The notes: generated by a model from the letters alone, not told the origin. A DNA stretch of 64,000 nt from Octopus vulgaris (GCA_951406725.2 OX597828.1:22568001-22632000); one strand, 5' to 3'; positions 42,718 to 57,354 are shown, numbered from the stretch's first letter. Made by a program: numbers and translations.

Positions 42718-42954
42718 AAGGCGGTGAGCTGGCAGAAACGTTAGCACGCCGGGCGAAATGCTTAGCAGTATTTCGTCTGCCGCTACGTTCTGAGTTCAAA
42801 TTCCGCCGAGGTCGTCTTTGCCTTTCATCCTTTCGGGGTCGATTAAATAAGTACCAGTTACGCACTGGGGTCGATATAATCGACTTAATCTGTTTGTCTA
42901 TCCTTGTTTGTCCTCTCTGTGTTTAGCCCCTTGTGGGTAGTAAAGAAATAGGTA
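42718..42954 (+). mobile_element. SINE B with an 11-bp TSD
   Basis: GGTAATAAGGC at 42712-42722 and 42951-42961. Confidence 0.93.
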
Positions 42955-43457
42955 ATAAGGCCAATACTGTAGATTGCGGGAACTAAATGTGTTGAACCGT
43001 CTATACCAGGATTGTACAAATCTTCCATTCCAAGACCTTTTATGTTGAATCTCCGTCTTTCGACAATGCAATTCATTCTTGCATCAACTGAATTATTTCT
43101 TGCTCAATTAACTTTTAACTGGTTAAGCATTGCGCAGTTAGTCGTAAAAATAACATAATTTTCTTGTAGAATCAGCGTGGCAGAGTAGGCGACAGGTTTG
43201 TATCTTTGGAATTACAGTTCCACTCCACCTGTCACATTTCTTTACGATCGACCTGAAATTATATAAATGTATATAGAGAGAAAACTGTATATTGCTATTG
43301 ATGGCACGCAGTGGATTCGAACTACGACTTCGTAATCGCAATGGATGTTTCCTAAACATTTGGCTATACTGTGACTCAATAACCACTTCCATATTTAAAA
43401 CAGCCTATTCTTCCACTCGAATTGACCTCACTTCTACATCCTGTTGAAAGTAGTCAG

Positions 43458-43491
<34 letters not shown>

Positions 43492-43563
43492 TTGACAAGC
43501 ACAATAATATGCACATACTCACGTACGCGAGCAAGCACACACGCACGCGTAGACACAGATATA

Positions 43564-43611
<48 letters not shown>

Positions 43612-43817
43612 ACAAGTTGTGACTGAGTTACTATATGCCACTGATACATTGGTTTCTACTTGAAGAACACAATCAGAGTTGACAGCGAAACCAAAGCTTG
43701 TCAATAAGGAATCACGCACGATGCAAAAAAACAGCACCTGCTGCGCCTCTATGCATCTCAGACGGAAACCAAAACAACAGCTGCTCGTGAAGAGAAACAT
43801 ACAGCGTCTAGGCGCAA

Positions 43818-44350
<533 letters not shown>

Positions 44351-45034
44351 ATACACATATGTATATACGTAATACGTATATATGCACACATACAAACACG
44401 TTCACACACATATATGCTTTCTTACACTTATCTATAGATATCTATGGATACATACATACATACATACATACATACATGCATACATACATACACACATATA
44501 TATATACATACAGCTGTACGGATATATAAACAGGCTTACAAATAAACACACGTACTCAGACATGTACATAAATGTATACTTAGATCCATTTGTATGCTTG
44601 AGTATATTATATGTACAAGTATGTACGTTTGTGTACATATATGTATGTGTGTTTGTGCGTGTGTCTGTGTGCACGTGTGTGCGTATATATCTTTATTCGT
44701 AAGAAATACACTCATATTTCAACATCTAGACGGATAAACCAAAATTAATCTTTTAGGTGAAAGTCTGCGATAGGTCATTAAGTTATTTTCCCGTTCATTA
44801 CTTAACTCTTCATGGAATTATGGAGCACCGGGTTCAGAGGATTCTGTACCTGGTCGTACGATCTGCTAGATATAGTTACTATCTGTCGCTATCACCTTCG
44901 CCTATCGTTTTACTGCAATGAAACAATTTTTTTTCCGGATACACACAAAGCCAGGGCAGCCATTGTTTACAATCACGCATACAAACACATACACACATAT
45001 GTGCATATATACGACGGGCTTCTTTCAGTATTTT

Positions 45035-46115
45035 GTCAGGCGTGCTAACCATTCTGCAAGCCATATCAAGTCACAATAATGGTTACAAATTTTAATGTAG
45101 TCAGCAACTTTAGAGGGAAAGGGAAGTCAATTACAGAAACCCCGATATTTGACGGATACTTATCTTGACCTCAAAAGGATGGACGGGAAAGGAGACCGAC
45201 GAAATTTCGACTCAGAATGTGAAAACGGACGAAATGTCGCTAAGGTTTTTGTTCGGTGCGCTGACGATTCTACCAGATTACTGCCTTCCATCAAATATTA
45301 GTTATGGTTCGAAATTTTGGTACAAGTCAATCACTCTAAGCACGAGGCCCGAAAGTTTTTTGGGGGGAGGGAGGTCAGTCGATTAGATCGACCCTATACG
45401 CAACTGGTACTTAATTTGTAGACCCCAAAATGACGAAAGGCAAAATCGACTCAGGGGAATTTGGACTCGGAACTTAATACCTATTTCTTTACTACCCACA
45501 AGAAACAGTTCTGAGTTCAAATTCCGCCGATGTCGACTTTGCCTTTCATTCTTTCGGGGTCGATTAAATAAGTACCAGTTACGCACTGGGTTCGATGTAA
45601 TCGACTTAATCCGTTTGTCTGTCCTTGTTTGTCCTCTCTGTGTTTAGTCCCTTGTGAGTAGTAAAGAAATGGGTATTTTGTGCGCCGTTACGTTCTGAGT
45701 TCGAATTCCACCGAGGTCGATTTTGCCTTCTCATCCTTTTGGGGTCGATTAAGTACCAGTTTTGCACTGCAGTCGATGTAATCCACTTAATCTGTCCTTG
45801 TTTGTCCCCTCTATGTTTAGCCCATTGTGGTCAATAAAGAAATAAATATTGGGTGTGGGAGCGTGAAGTCGATTAGACCAACCCGAAAGTTCAAATGGTA
45901 TTTATTCTATCGACCCCGAAAGCATAAAAGGCAAAATCAACCTCATCGGAATTTGAACTGAAGACGGTCGTCGAAACGCAGTTAAACATCTTTGTCGGGC
46001 GTCGTAAACATTCCGCCAACATACCATTTTACGTCAAGCATTAACAATTGTTTAAAATTTTGGCACAAGTTTTAAGAATTTTGGAAGATGGTTTAGTCGA
46101 CTACATCGACCCCAG
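45035..46115. mobile_element. Cluster of SINE B copies in both orientations (minus 45385-45500, plus dimer 45508-45845, older minus copies)
   Basis: Repeated CGACCCCGAAAG/CTTTCGGGGTCG and GGAATTTGAACT motifs. Confidence 0.8.
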
Positions 46116-46568
46116 GGGTCTTTTCGGTTTGAAACGGCAGTTTTTTCTAGCGGTGTCGTAGGAAATTGTCACCCATAATTATAACCCTAGTATCGATCTA
46201 TTGCATTTCAATCTGTTTTATGGTTAGGGTTAGATTTAGAGTTAGTTAGGGTTGGAGTTAGGGTTAGGGTTAGGAGTGGGGGGAAGGGTATCTTTTTTTC
46301 TTCAGAAATGTAAATAAACCCAATCTGTTTCTTAAACGAGGCACATATTCATACGGCACAGAATGCTTTCACATCAATAGACGTCATTGATTGGTTGAAA
46401 TTGCAGAAATTGAACAAAAAACAACAAATATCTTACAAACTATAGAATTTTCTCAATAAAGCCAAGAGAAAAAGATGTTTTATAAACACATTCTACCAGT
46501 ATACGAAGTTTAAAAGTGTTTAGTTACGTGGAAATTATTTTAAACTGCTGGTCAAACCGAAAAGATCC
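46116..46568. mobile_element. MITE with ~27-bp TIRs and internal (TTAGGG)-like repeats, inserted in an old SINE B
   Basis: GGGTCTTTTCGGTTTGAAACGGCAGTTT / AAACTGCTGGTCAAACCGAAAAGATCC; degenerate 8-bp TSD GACCCCAG/AACCTCTG. Confidence 0.85.
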
Positions 46569-46815
46569 AACCTCTGTATTTAACTGGTACTTATTTTATC
46601 GACCCTGAAATGATGAGTATGAAAGTCAAACATTAAAGAATTTGAACCCAGGGCCTAATACCGTGAGATATTTTTGTCCGCATGCTTAAGGTTCTGACAC
46701 ATCGCCGCTTTCAATTTTAAGTATTTATTTTAACAACACCAACTTTAATACCAACAGCAACAATAAAAATAACAAGGACAATAATACCACATGTTAAATA
46801 TATTAATATCAACAA

Positions 46816-46987
46816 GCAGGGGTGGCTGTGCGGTAAGTAGCTTGTGTACGAACAGCATAGTTCCGGGTTCAGTCTCACTGCGTGGCATCTTGGTCAAGTG
46901 TCTTCTATTATAACCGCCGGCCGACTAAAGCCTTGTGAGTGAATTTGGAAGACGGAGACTGAAAGAAGTCCATCGTGTGTGTGTGTG

Positions 46988-47032
<45 letters not shown>

Positions 47033-47260
47033 GTGTGTGTGTGTGTGTGTGTGTGTTTCTTTCCCCCAACATCGCTTGACAACAGATGCTGGTGTGTTTA
47101 CATTTTCGTAACCTAGCGGTTCGACAAAAAAAAAGAGATCCGATAGAATAAGTACTAGGCTTACAAAGTATAAGTTCTGGTGGGGGGAGGGGGTCGATTT
47201 GCACGACTGACGTCGGTGCTCCAGCATGGCGGCGGCAGTCGAAATGACTGAAACAAAAAA
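46816..47260 (+). mobile_element. SINE A
   Basis: Co-linear with other copies. Confidence 0.9.
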
Positions 47261-47742
47261 ACAAAAGAAGCAGCATAACAACAACAACAACAAAAACAAC
47301 CAAATGTTAATAACAACAACAACAACATAACAGTAAGAACGTCACCACCGGCACCACCAACAATAACAACAACCATAATAGACATACTTCGAAATGCGGC
47401 AACATCAATGATTATATCGTTACAGGCGCTGAGGCAGCCCTGTTACTTCAGCTGTTCATGCTACTACTGAAATCTATTGGCGAAACTGTCCAATGCTTCT
47501 ACTGCTGACGCTGCTACTACTACTACCACTACTACTGCCGCGCCGCTGCTGTTTGGGCTATTGTTGATGTTGTTACTGTTGCTGCTGGTGAAGATGTGAT
47601 TTCTTTTTACGATATTAAGATAACAACGGATAAACGACACACCTTTGAACGCTAACTCGCTCTCCCTCTCACAGACACACCACACACACACACACACGGA
47701 TTCGCCACGCGCCACCGCACACGCACGCACGCACGCACGCAT

Positions 47743-47803
<61 letters not shown>

Positions 47804-48134
47804 CACAGACAAGCAAAAAAAAGCGAGTAGAAATACACTATCTCATTCATCCGGTTTGTACCCAAGCACACACACACACACATACGTACACAGACACACG
47901 CACAAAAACACACGTGAAAACACAGCATCACATCCACCCAGTTTGTACTCAACCACCAAGCACACACACACACACACACGTACACACATGCACAGACATA
48001 CACTCAGGTACACACGGTGGACATACACCTATCAATGTATATATGCATGCATGAATGCATGTCTGTATGTATGTATGTATGTATGCTGCCATATACATGT
48101 GTATGCAAGTATATATGTATCTATGTACTTTTGT

Positions 48135-48207
<73 letters not shown>

Positions 48208-48649
48208 GCATGTACGTCTGTATGTGTGTGTATATATACACACCTACATATGTTTGAGTATGTATTTGTGTACGCACATTTTATGTGTATGTATGAATGT
48301 ATGAGTGTGTATGTTGTATATTGATGTGTATGAGAGATTTTGTGTTTGCCGGTAGCTTTATATCTGTTGGATCACAAAGTTTGAAATCATAGGTTTCACA
48401 CACAAGTAGCAAAATTGGATATTAAGGATGCTATTTATAATAAACCAGTTGCCAATCAGTGGCATCAGATTAATTTTGTGAAGCACTTTCTTTTCATCAA
48501 TACAAGTCTACACCTCGGAAATCGTACCCAAAATCTGAAAATACACACAGATTTGAAGTTTACGTTTTCGAAATGCTACATTCGGGTCCCCACTAGGAAA
48601 CAGGTATAGAAATACTTCTGGAGACATTTTTATTAACCATCTTCCTGTA

Positions 48650-49000
48650 CTGATGTTAAAGGTGACATTCTTATTTCTATGCACTGCTCAGAAGCAGATA
48701 TATAGCGCACTTGTTCTGCCCTTTTCATCAGCTTATAATCGGTCTTAATGACCACACACATTCATATGTCCAGCCTCGGTCGATAGATCATGTTCGCCAC
48801 GCGTCAGCACTTTCAAGTGCACACCGAAACACGTGTCTTCGCAGCAAACAGCTATATTATTTCCCTCTTTGATCGTACTCAGATAATTCGATCAATCACA
48901 GGAGCATAGCTGTCGCGAAAAACCACGTCCAAACTTGCTCATTTTCTTTGATCTAGCTCACATGCGGTAACTCCCTTTCGCCAACAACTGTATCAAAAAA
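48650..49000 (-). pseudogene. Possible ancient mariner transposase N-terminal fragment
   Basis: Manual translation LDVVFRDSYAP...SKRE resembles the LxxVYGDSAPS...FKRG helix-turn-helix region; multiple stops. Confidence 0.35.
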
Positions 49001-49407
49001 TAATTAGTTGTATTGTTGGTTATTTGCTCAAATTTTATTTTCATATTAAATTAAATCTTTCAGCACAATTCCCTTGGTTCGGTTCTTAAAATTTGCACAG
49101 CAAATCACAGCACTGCAGATTGTCTACTTTATAAATATCTTTCCCATTTCGAAAAGGAAAGCGTGGCCTCTAGCTGTGTTTTACAGCTAGCTGCTAGCAC
49201 CATCGAGACACATTTATCTTTGTACTCTCATTGGTGTCTCATTGAAAAATATTGTCAATGAAAATTGCCAAGACAAAGATTATCCACTCAACCATCAACA
49301 AAAATGAAATGGCAGCCAGTCAAACAATGTAAAAGTTACTCTTGTAAATAGATCAGAATTAAAACTGAAGAAAAGAAATAACAATCTATATATTATATTA
49401 TTTAGAT

Positions 49408-49500
49408 TGGCCGGATATGTGTCCTCATCTTGTTTGTTGTTACCACAATGTTTCGGTTGATTTACATCAGGTGTCCTGGTAGAATTTCGAACCTAACCCT
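49408..49500 (-). mobile_element. Short Penelope-like fragment with a broken hammerhead
   Basis: Minus: ACAC-CTGATGT-aaatcaacc-GAAA-CAT-T-GTGG; stem II deleted. Confidence 0.4.
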
Positions 49501-50195
49501 GTCAATAATGTAAATAATGTACAGAATTCCTCATCTCTAAAATATAGAATAACTTATGTATTAATCCGCGAAAAATGCAACGAATTTTCAAATCTTGGTA
49601 AATAAATAAATAAACGACTAATGGAAAAATAAAAAGGACTGCAAAAATAACAAGATGTCCGATATATATTGTGAAGAAAAAAAATTGATGGTATCCATCA
49701 CTATATATGGCCACTGCACAATATAGAACATCTGACATGGTGCCTTCACCATAAAACAAGTAGAATATTTCGGCCTGTTATATCCGGTTGAAATGCAAAA
49801 GGGTCAAATGATAGCTAATTGGTTTGGGGTGGGGGGGTTAGACAAGATATAATGAGAAGACAAAGGTAGCGTTCGCGTCATAACAGATCATATGACAAAG
49901 GGATATAATTAAAACACTGTAAGGCGATTTACCAATTGTATCACTTCTATTAGAATAATGGAATTAATGAAAAACATATTAACACTAATAACATACTGTT
50001 GTTGTTTCTGATGGTGTTCTTATTGATACTGTTCTTGACGACCACGGAGACGATGGTCAGGATAGTGATGATGATCAGGATGATGGTGATGATGTTTGTA
50101 ATGATAAAGTAGTTACTAATTGCATGACTAATAATCGCTAACTCCAGTATTTGCCAAATGATCCTTGGATGTACGCATATGTACATACACACTTC

Positions 50196-50247
<52 letters not shown>

Positions 50248-50334
50248 TAGATACATACATACATACATACATACATACATACATACATACATACATACGT
50301 ACATATATATATATATGAATGTGTGTGTTTGTGA

Positions 50335-50660
50335 AGGCGCATGGCTCACGAGCTTACGATCGTGAGATTGCGAGTTCCGTTCCCGGACCGGGGTGCGTGT
50401 TGTATTCTTCAGTAATTCTTGCTCCAAATCAATCAGCTGTAGAAATGAGTTTCGACGTCACTGGTGCCATACTGTATCGCCCCGTTTGCCTTTCCATTGG
50501 ATAACATCGGGTGGCGCGGAGAGGGGATGTTGGTATGCATGGGCGACTGATGGTCTTCCATAAAACAAACGGTGGGGTGTGCTTTCGCCGGTGAGGTGAC
50601 TCACCACCGAGACTTGTACCCCGGAGAGGAACCTCTTAGGTGCACCCATGGTAATTCGTG
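50335..50660 (+). mobile_element. SINE D
   Basis: Shares GACGTCAC.GGTGCCA..CTGTATCG, TTGGATAACATC and TGGTATGCATGGGC with 25011-25324. Confidence 0.85.
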
Positions 50661-50677
50661 ACCTACGGAGTCGAGTT

Positions 50678-50713
<36 letters not shown>

Positions 50714-50717
50714 AATA

Positions 50718-51026
50718 CTAGCTGTTTGAATATATATATATATATTTATATTGAAATCTTCTTCGTTCCCCGTGTCAACTATTACTCATTTAGAAGGAAA
50801 GATAACATCGCTATGGGAATTTCCATTCAAACGCCCGATGGAGCTCACAAAAATTGATACCAACTGAGTATTATCAAGATTTCGAAAAATTCCAGCCTTA
50901 TTCGAACTTCAGGGCATGTGATCTACCTATGTGCCAAAACTCATTAAAATCGGTTGGACAGTATGGGAGGAGTTAGCGTAAACCCAGACACACACACACA
51001 CACCGTTACACAATTATGTATATAGA
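50718..51026 (-). mobile_element. Non-autonomous Helitron-like element
   Basis: Minus strand starts A|TCTATATACATAATTGTG and ends CTAG|T; subterminal hairpin not seen. Confidence 0.55.
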
Positions 51027-52172
51027 TGTGTGTGTGTATGTATATATTATATACACGTACATAGACATATCTGTAGTAGAAATACAAATAAGGTCAATTT
51101 AAATTTTCTCTTAGATTGAAAAACAACATCCCCAAAAAAACAAAAAATTAGGAAGAACATTAATCGAAATTCGAAAATCATTTGACTATTATCGGAGGAG
51201 TTAACATCATTTGACTAATCCCAGTGAAAATGGTAGCCAATCTTTTCTTATGTTCAACCGATTCATTTTCTATACACAAGGAAATTATTTGCATCTTCAT
51301 GCGGGACCCGTGAATATTTCACTGAATTAATAAGATTATTGGTTTATTTCTGAAAACCTTATCCAAAATACCTGAAAGCCTAGCCTGTTTTCTGTCGTTG
51401 AAAAGTGAAGGAAATCGGAATACGATGATTACTTAATGCAGTATATATATCCACTTTATATATTTTATGCACAATTTTATAGACTTAATACACAGCACTC
51501 TCCCTCTTTATCTCTCGCTCTTCACCTTACCCTCTTTTCTCTCCTGCTTCGCCTTATCCTCTTCTTTTCTCTCACGATTCGCTTTACCCTCTTCTTTTCT
51601 CTCCCTGTTTTTTTGCTCTTCGTCTTTCCATTCAAATCCTCATGTGAAAGCGTTACAGACGGGCTAAGTAACGGACGAAAAAACGTAATTTAAAAAAAAG
51701 TTACACATTTCACTCACCACCACCTCTGCCTCTCCTCTTCCACCCATACCCCATACCACCTCTCCATCCCTCTCACCCTCCCGCTTCAGCTAATCCCGTG
51801 GAAGCATTATGGACGGGCTAAGTAACAGAGCCACACGCAGAATTATTAAAAGAGCAACAGCCTATCAAAGGGGATCTCAGTCTACAAATATTAAGGTATG
51901 TATGTATGTATGTATGTGAATATGCGTGTGTGTATGGTTATACATACCTTAGTAAATGTATGCCTAAATCTAAATGTCATCTTGCAACAGAGGGGCTTCG
52001 TGTTTGATCTCACTGCCTCGCATGAAGGGCAGCCACGTATCTACCAATAGATTATGAAAGGAATTACAATGTCGTAATTACTGCCTTGTCACACATTCTG
52101 TCAGGCGGATACAGTGTAAGGAACAATCAACCGCGCACAAACTTTTACAATTTATAACTAATATAAACAACA

Positions 52173-52566
52173 CAGGAGTGTCTGTGTAAGCAAGCTACTT
52201 ACCAACCACATGGTTCCAGGTTCAGTCCCACTGCATGGCACCTTGGGCGAGTGTCTTCTACTATAGCCTCGAGCCGATCAAAGCCTTGTGAGTGGATTTC
52301 GTAGACGGAAACTGAAAGAAGCCCGTCGTATATATGTATGTGTGTATATGTTTGTGTGTCTGTGTTCGTCCACCCCCACCATCGCTTGACAACCAATGTT
52401 GGTGTATTTACGTCGCCGTAACTTAGTGGGTCTGCAAAAAGAAACCGATAGAATAAGTACTAGGCTTACAAAGAATAAGTCCTGGGGTCGATTTGCTCGA
52501 CTAAAGGCGGTGATCCAGCATGGCCGCAGTCTAATGACTGAAGCAAGTAAAAGAGTAAAAGAGTAA
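52173..52566 (+). mobile_element. SINE A
   Basis: Co-linear with other copies. Confidence 0.93.
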
Positions 52567-54021
52567 CAAAATCTCGATCATTGAAAGTGGCTCTTAGTCA
52601 TCAACATAGCTCTAATTACACACATGCACGCATTCATTCTTTCTGACGTGTGTGAATCTGAAAGTGGAATATGTTGAATAAAATCATAATTAACTGATCC
52701 TCCTGTATTTTCTTTGATCAAAATTCACGAAATTTTCAGCTTCTCCTCGTATATATGTAAATGGTATTCAAAAATCAACCCTCGCCGTGCAGGCTTCATG
52801 CGGTTGCTGAGTCAGTCGGCGACGGCCCTAACATGCAACAGATTGTACTGGGTTACATGTTACCAGTGGCTCAAGGGGACACGAGGGATGAAAGACAAGA
52901 CCTGTTTATGGATGAAGGAAGTTAGAAGAGTAATTGGCCATCCAAAACAGTCAAGGATAGATGAGGCCCACCAGTCTTACTGAAAACGATCGACCTTGGC
53001 GAAGAAAATATCTGAAATAAAACCTGTTCAACGAGGGTTTGCAACCTGTTCATACTACTTTGTACACTAAAAACTATATGAAGATGTTATAGTTTCGTCT
53101 ACGGACGAATGATGATAAAGAAAAAACTGCATACATAATATGATATATGTTCTTTGTGTCTGAAGATCGTGCAGAAGAGAGGCACATTCACGAGAATTTG
53201 GAGCAGCAGCTCTACTTGTATCGTCTAGTACATTTTTCGCCTTTTCTCCGCAGCTCTCCTTCCTGCCTGCGCTTAGTCATTTGAAAGCGAGAGTTAATCT
53301 GCACGATTCAACCCGACTCTTAGATTTGGAGGTTTAAGCAGAGTGGCTGAAAGATCTAAGACAGCTGCAGTAACCAGCAAACTGCAAGTTCTACATCGGA
53401 GTAGCTTCCAAAATGAATTGTGTTAGAGTACTGGAGAGTTGGCGGAAGGGTGTCAACGACGGAGTCTAAGGGTAGTTTGCTGCTTATTGTAGCCGCCTTT
53501 ACCCGCTTAGTCACTCTAGTTAAACCTCTAAGTTTAAGAGTTGAATTGAATTGCGCAGATTGACATTTGCTTCCAAACAACTAAACGTAGGCAGGAAGGA
53601 CAGCCCTGCAGCTATGGCAAAAAGACGAAAGCGGCATGTACTGCACTATACTAGTAGCTGCCACACACTAATTCTCTCGTATTAGACGCTTTTCTACTTG
53701 ATCTTCAAACACAAAGAACCACCATCAATACAGTACGAAGGCATTATCTTTTTTTTTTTTATCAGTCATCCGTAGACGAGGGTATTGAGGTGTTTGTGCT
53801 TGTAGTTTTTCTATAACATAGTAATTAAACCAGAGCTAGGACCTTCACAGTTGCTACTAATCCAGTCACGAATAAACCTGGGAACAATAGCAGCTACGAA
53901 GTGGTTCCACACCCCTAAAAGCCATGAAGCTCTCGAACCGAGTCCTCACTTGCACGCGCACTTTAAAATCATACTCAGGACTAACGTTAAACATAATTAA
54001 ATACATCCGAAGGAACACACA

Positions 54022-54337
54022 CAGTGGTTAGGGCAGCGGACTCGCGGTCGTAGGATCGCAGTTTCGATTCCCAGACCGGGCGTTGTGAGTGTTTATTGAG
54101 CGAAAACACCTAAAAGCTCCACGAGGCTCCGGCAGGGATGGTGGTGATCCCTGCTGTACAATTTCGCCACAACTTTCTCTCACTCTTACTTCCTGTTGTA
54201 CCTGTATTTCAAAGGGCCGGCCTTGTCACTCTCTGTGTCACGCTGAATATCATCGAGAACTACACGTTAATTTCACGAGCAGGCTGTTCCGTTGATCGGA
54301 TCAACCGGAACCCTCGTCGTCGTAACCGACGGAGTGC
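54022..54337 (+). mobile_element. SINE C
   Basis: tRNA-like CAGTGGTTAGGGCAGCGGACTCGCGGTC...TTTCGATTCCC head; tail CGTCGTCGTAACCGACGGAGTGC. Confidence 0.92.
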
Positions 54338-54774
54338 TTCCATCCCATATATATCCTTACTCGTAGTCATATACAATATAAATTGACTTGCCTGTTTCAG
54401 TTTATAAATATATTCGTATGAACCTGTTTAGGCAAATATCCGTTTTAAGGCATACGTATATTTATTGTATGATTATACACACACACACACACACACTTAA
54501 AATATATATACGTAAAAAATTATCATTGGATAAATAAATATAGTGTAATATTAAACTGGCATTTAAAATAATTACCAAAAAAATCGAATGAAAATAGTTT
54601 CAACCGAAAATATAATTTGATAAATATATCACAAATTATATAAGAAATATCTGTACACTGTATTATTATATGCAATATTGGATATATTTCAACAGTGCAT
54701 AAAATATCCAATGTACGCACGTACATACGAGAACTTCTTACATATGCGTACATCGCATATACATACATGCATAG

Positions 54775-56286
54775 GCATCCAAGGGTAGATGAAAACATAT
54801 CTTACAATGGCGGCTTTAACAAAACACGTGTCACTAAAGAATAATACAGCGGAATAAAGAATATTTGGACCTCACAACTCTCTGCATTCAATAAGACAGT
54901 GGCTCACAATGTGTTTGCAGTGCCACTACTCATACCATTATTTGGGTTGCTTGATTGAACACGTGATGCGACCCAAGCCATTGATGAGAAAACCTGAAAA
55001 ATACTAACAAGCACACAATTTTCACATAAACAGCAATGTAGACCACCTCAACCTAAAACGAAAACAAGGCAGTAGAGACTTAACATCGTTCCAAAATGCC
55101 TTTGAATGTTGTATCATATCCTTTCGGCAGCATCTTTTAACTACCAAGTGATGTGGTGCATACATGAGGCTGATAACATCATAAGACTTGGAAGGCAGCT
55201 TCTTAAGCAACTTTACTAGTCTGATAATCTAGAATACATACCCAAAGAAGTGGCACGACTCTAGCGCAACGTATTATCAGATGGAAGGATGAGCCTACAT
55301 GAGCAGAAGATTATGCATGGATATGTTAGCAGATATACCGAAAAGATAGTAACGTTAACCATCAAAGCAGTCTATCATGGACCAATCGCCGGACTTCCCA
55401 CTTAGAAAGGTATGCGTTTGCAATCCAGGAACAGGAAATTTCAATCAAGTACCTGATGCACAAAAGGGATAGAGATGCAGGAAAAGCATTAAAATGTGAC
55501 AACCGATGCAGACTTTGTGGACTTAACACCGGAGATATCACCCACATCATAAGTAGTTGTTCGAAAATATCATCACGGTATTATCTACCGATTAGACATG
55601 TTGTACCTTGTATACACTGTCATGAAAGCTGTCGGTAGCATAACCCCAAGGACAAAGAAATAAAAAACGATAGTATATTAGAAGACACGACCACTCATAA
55701 TAAAAATAGGTACTGGTGAAATGTTGCAGTGAAGACCTCAATAAAATGTAAGCACAACAGACTTAATATAATGATTTGGGATAGAGAAGAGAAACTTTGT
55801 ACAGTTGTGGAAATTAGCTGCCCAGCGGAAGTTAACATAAAGCTCAGTGAAAAAGCCAATACATAGACTGATCTATTGAGAAATCTGCAGTTACGCTATC
55901 CAGATTACAAGTTCTGGTTTATACCTGTAATTATTGGGGTACTGGGATAAGTAACACACTGGCTAAATACCAATCTTGAGAAATTAGGCTTCTCAAAACC
56001 ATTAAGGCAAAAGCTAAAACTGTAAAAATCTGTAAAACCTTCCAGAAGTTCATCATTTAAATATATATGAGCCTGTCTCGATATGCAAGTATATGCATGA
56101 GAATAGATAAATAAAATAACATACAAATCTGCATACATACCTACATACAAACATACATCCATGCATACATACAAACAAAAATATCCTGTTGCTGAAGGTG
56201 AAATTCCAATGGAGTTTTGAATCTAGGTTAGAAACCGGTTCTTTCTCTATTGGCAAGAAATCTTGAAATAAAACTGAATAATAACA
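54775..56286 (+). mobile_element. 5'-truncated, decayed R4/Dong-type non-LTR retrotransposon (second family)
   Basis: IWTSQLSAFNKTVAHNVFAVPLL; HINSNVDHLNLKRKQGSRDL; CRLCGLNTGDITHIISSC..IRH; CKHNRLNIMIWDREEKLCTVVEISCP; FIPVIIGVLG; many stops. Confidence 0.88.
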
Positions 56287-56304
56287 TACAAACATAATAC
56301 ATGC

Positions 56305-56793
56305 AATGCCTGTGCAAGAAGATTTTTTTTAAAGTGGGGAAAGGCTGTGCACTGAGTCAATCCCACTTACTAAGCAACAGCAGCCATAATCCGAAAAGAA
56401 GAACAAGTCAACATCATCGGTAACCACTGAGCCGCAGGTTTTATATCGGAGTTATCCCAGTTACCTGAGTTACCTTCTCCTCGAAGGATGCCCTAACAAA
56501 GGCTAGGAGTCTTTCACTCCCAATGGTTTAACCGCGCGATCGGGTATTCAGTCCGATTATTTCTATGTCCCCGCGCATGATCCAGCCTTAAGACATTTAT
56601 TGGATGGCCGTTGACTCTCAAGAGTTCCTCCTCCCTTTGACGGGTTTTGTTTTTCATCCCGCAGGGTGTCCAATAAACACCCTCCTCACCAAGCAAGCTT
56701 GGTGGGGTTGCCGGTTTAGTCGCCGACGACCCGACCATGCAACAGGTTGTACTGGGTTACATGTTACCAGTAGCACTCGAAAGTGACTTGACA
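56305..56793 (-). mobile_element. Structured GC-richer repeat, probably a LINE (RTE-like) 5' UTR; rearranged relative at 52810-52950
   Basis: Shares CATGCAACAG.TTGTACTGGGTTACATGTTACCAGT with 52832-52868; hairpins AGGGTGTCCAATAAACACCCT and CACCAAGCAAGCTTGGTG. The clade call is from memory. Confidence 0.5.
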
Positions 56794-56994
56794 CTACATA
56801 CATACATACATACATACATACATACATACATACATACATACATAATTACATACATCTGAAGAATTCTTGGTTGAGCATATTTCGAACAATTATGGCCTCT
56901 TTTAGAGTATATACTTTCGTTAATGTGCGTAAACTGTCGAGAAATAAGACCCATAAACCTGTACGACGCAAGAAATATCTAGCTAAGTATTTGA

Positions 56995-57257
56995 GGCACT
57001 CCGTCGATTTTGCAACGATGAGGGTTCCGGTTGATCGGATCAACGGAACGGCCTGCTCGTGAAATTAACGTGCAAGTGGCTGATCACTCCACAGAAACGT
57101 GTACCCTTAACTCAGTTCTCGGGGAGATTCACATCACACAGTGTGTGACAAGGCTTGCCGCTTGAAATACAGGTACAACAGAAAGAGGGTGAGAATAAGT
57201 AGTGGCGAACAGTACAGCACAGTTCACCATCACCTTCTGCAGGAATTCGTGGAGCTG
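56995..57257 (-). mobile_element. SINE C, 3' part
   Basis: Reverse complement of 54115-54337. Confidence 0.85.
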
Positions 57258-57354
57258 TGCACACACACACACATATGTGCGGGTGTGCGTGCATATATAT
57301 GTGTGCATATGCACACATATATATATATGTATATACACACATTTATACATAAAG

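Noticed and set aside
46222-46275. Telomere or chromosome-fusion scar
   Set aside because: Short, degenerate and internal to a TIR element that has a second copy in the window.
48826-48842. GAAACACGTGTC, a perfect hammerhead 3' half
   Set aside because: No CUGANGA core or stem I partner upstream.
54022-54080. tRNA genes at SINE heads (also 25011, 19898, 12684)
   Set aside because: A/B boxes are present but there is no full cloverleaf, and each continues into a repeated SINE body.
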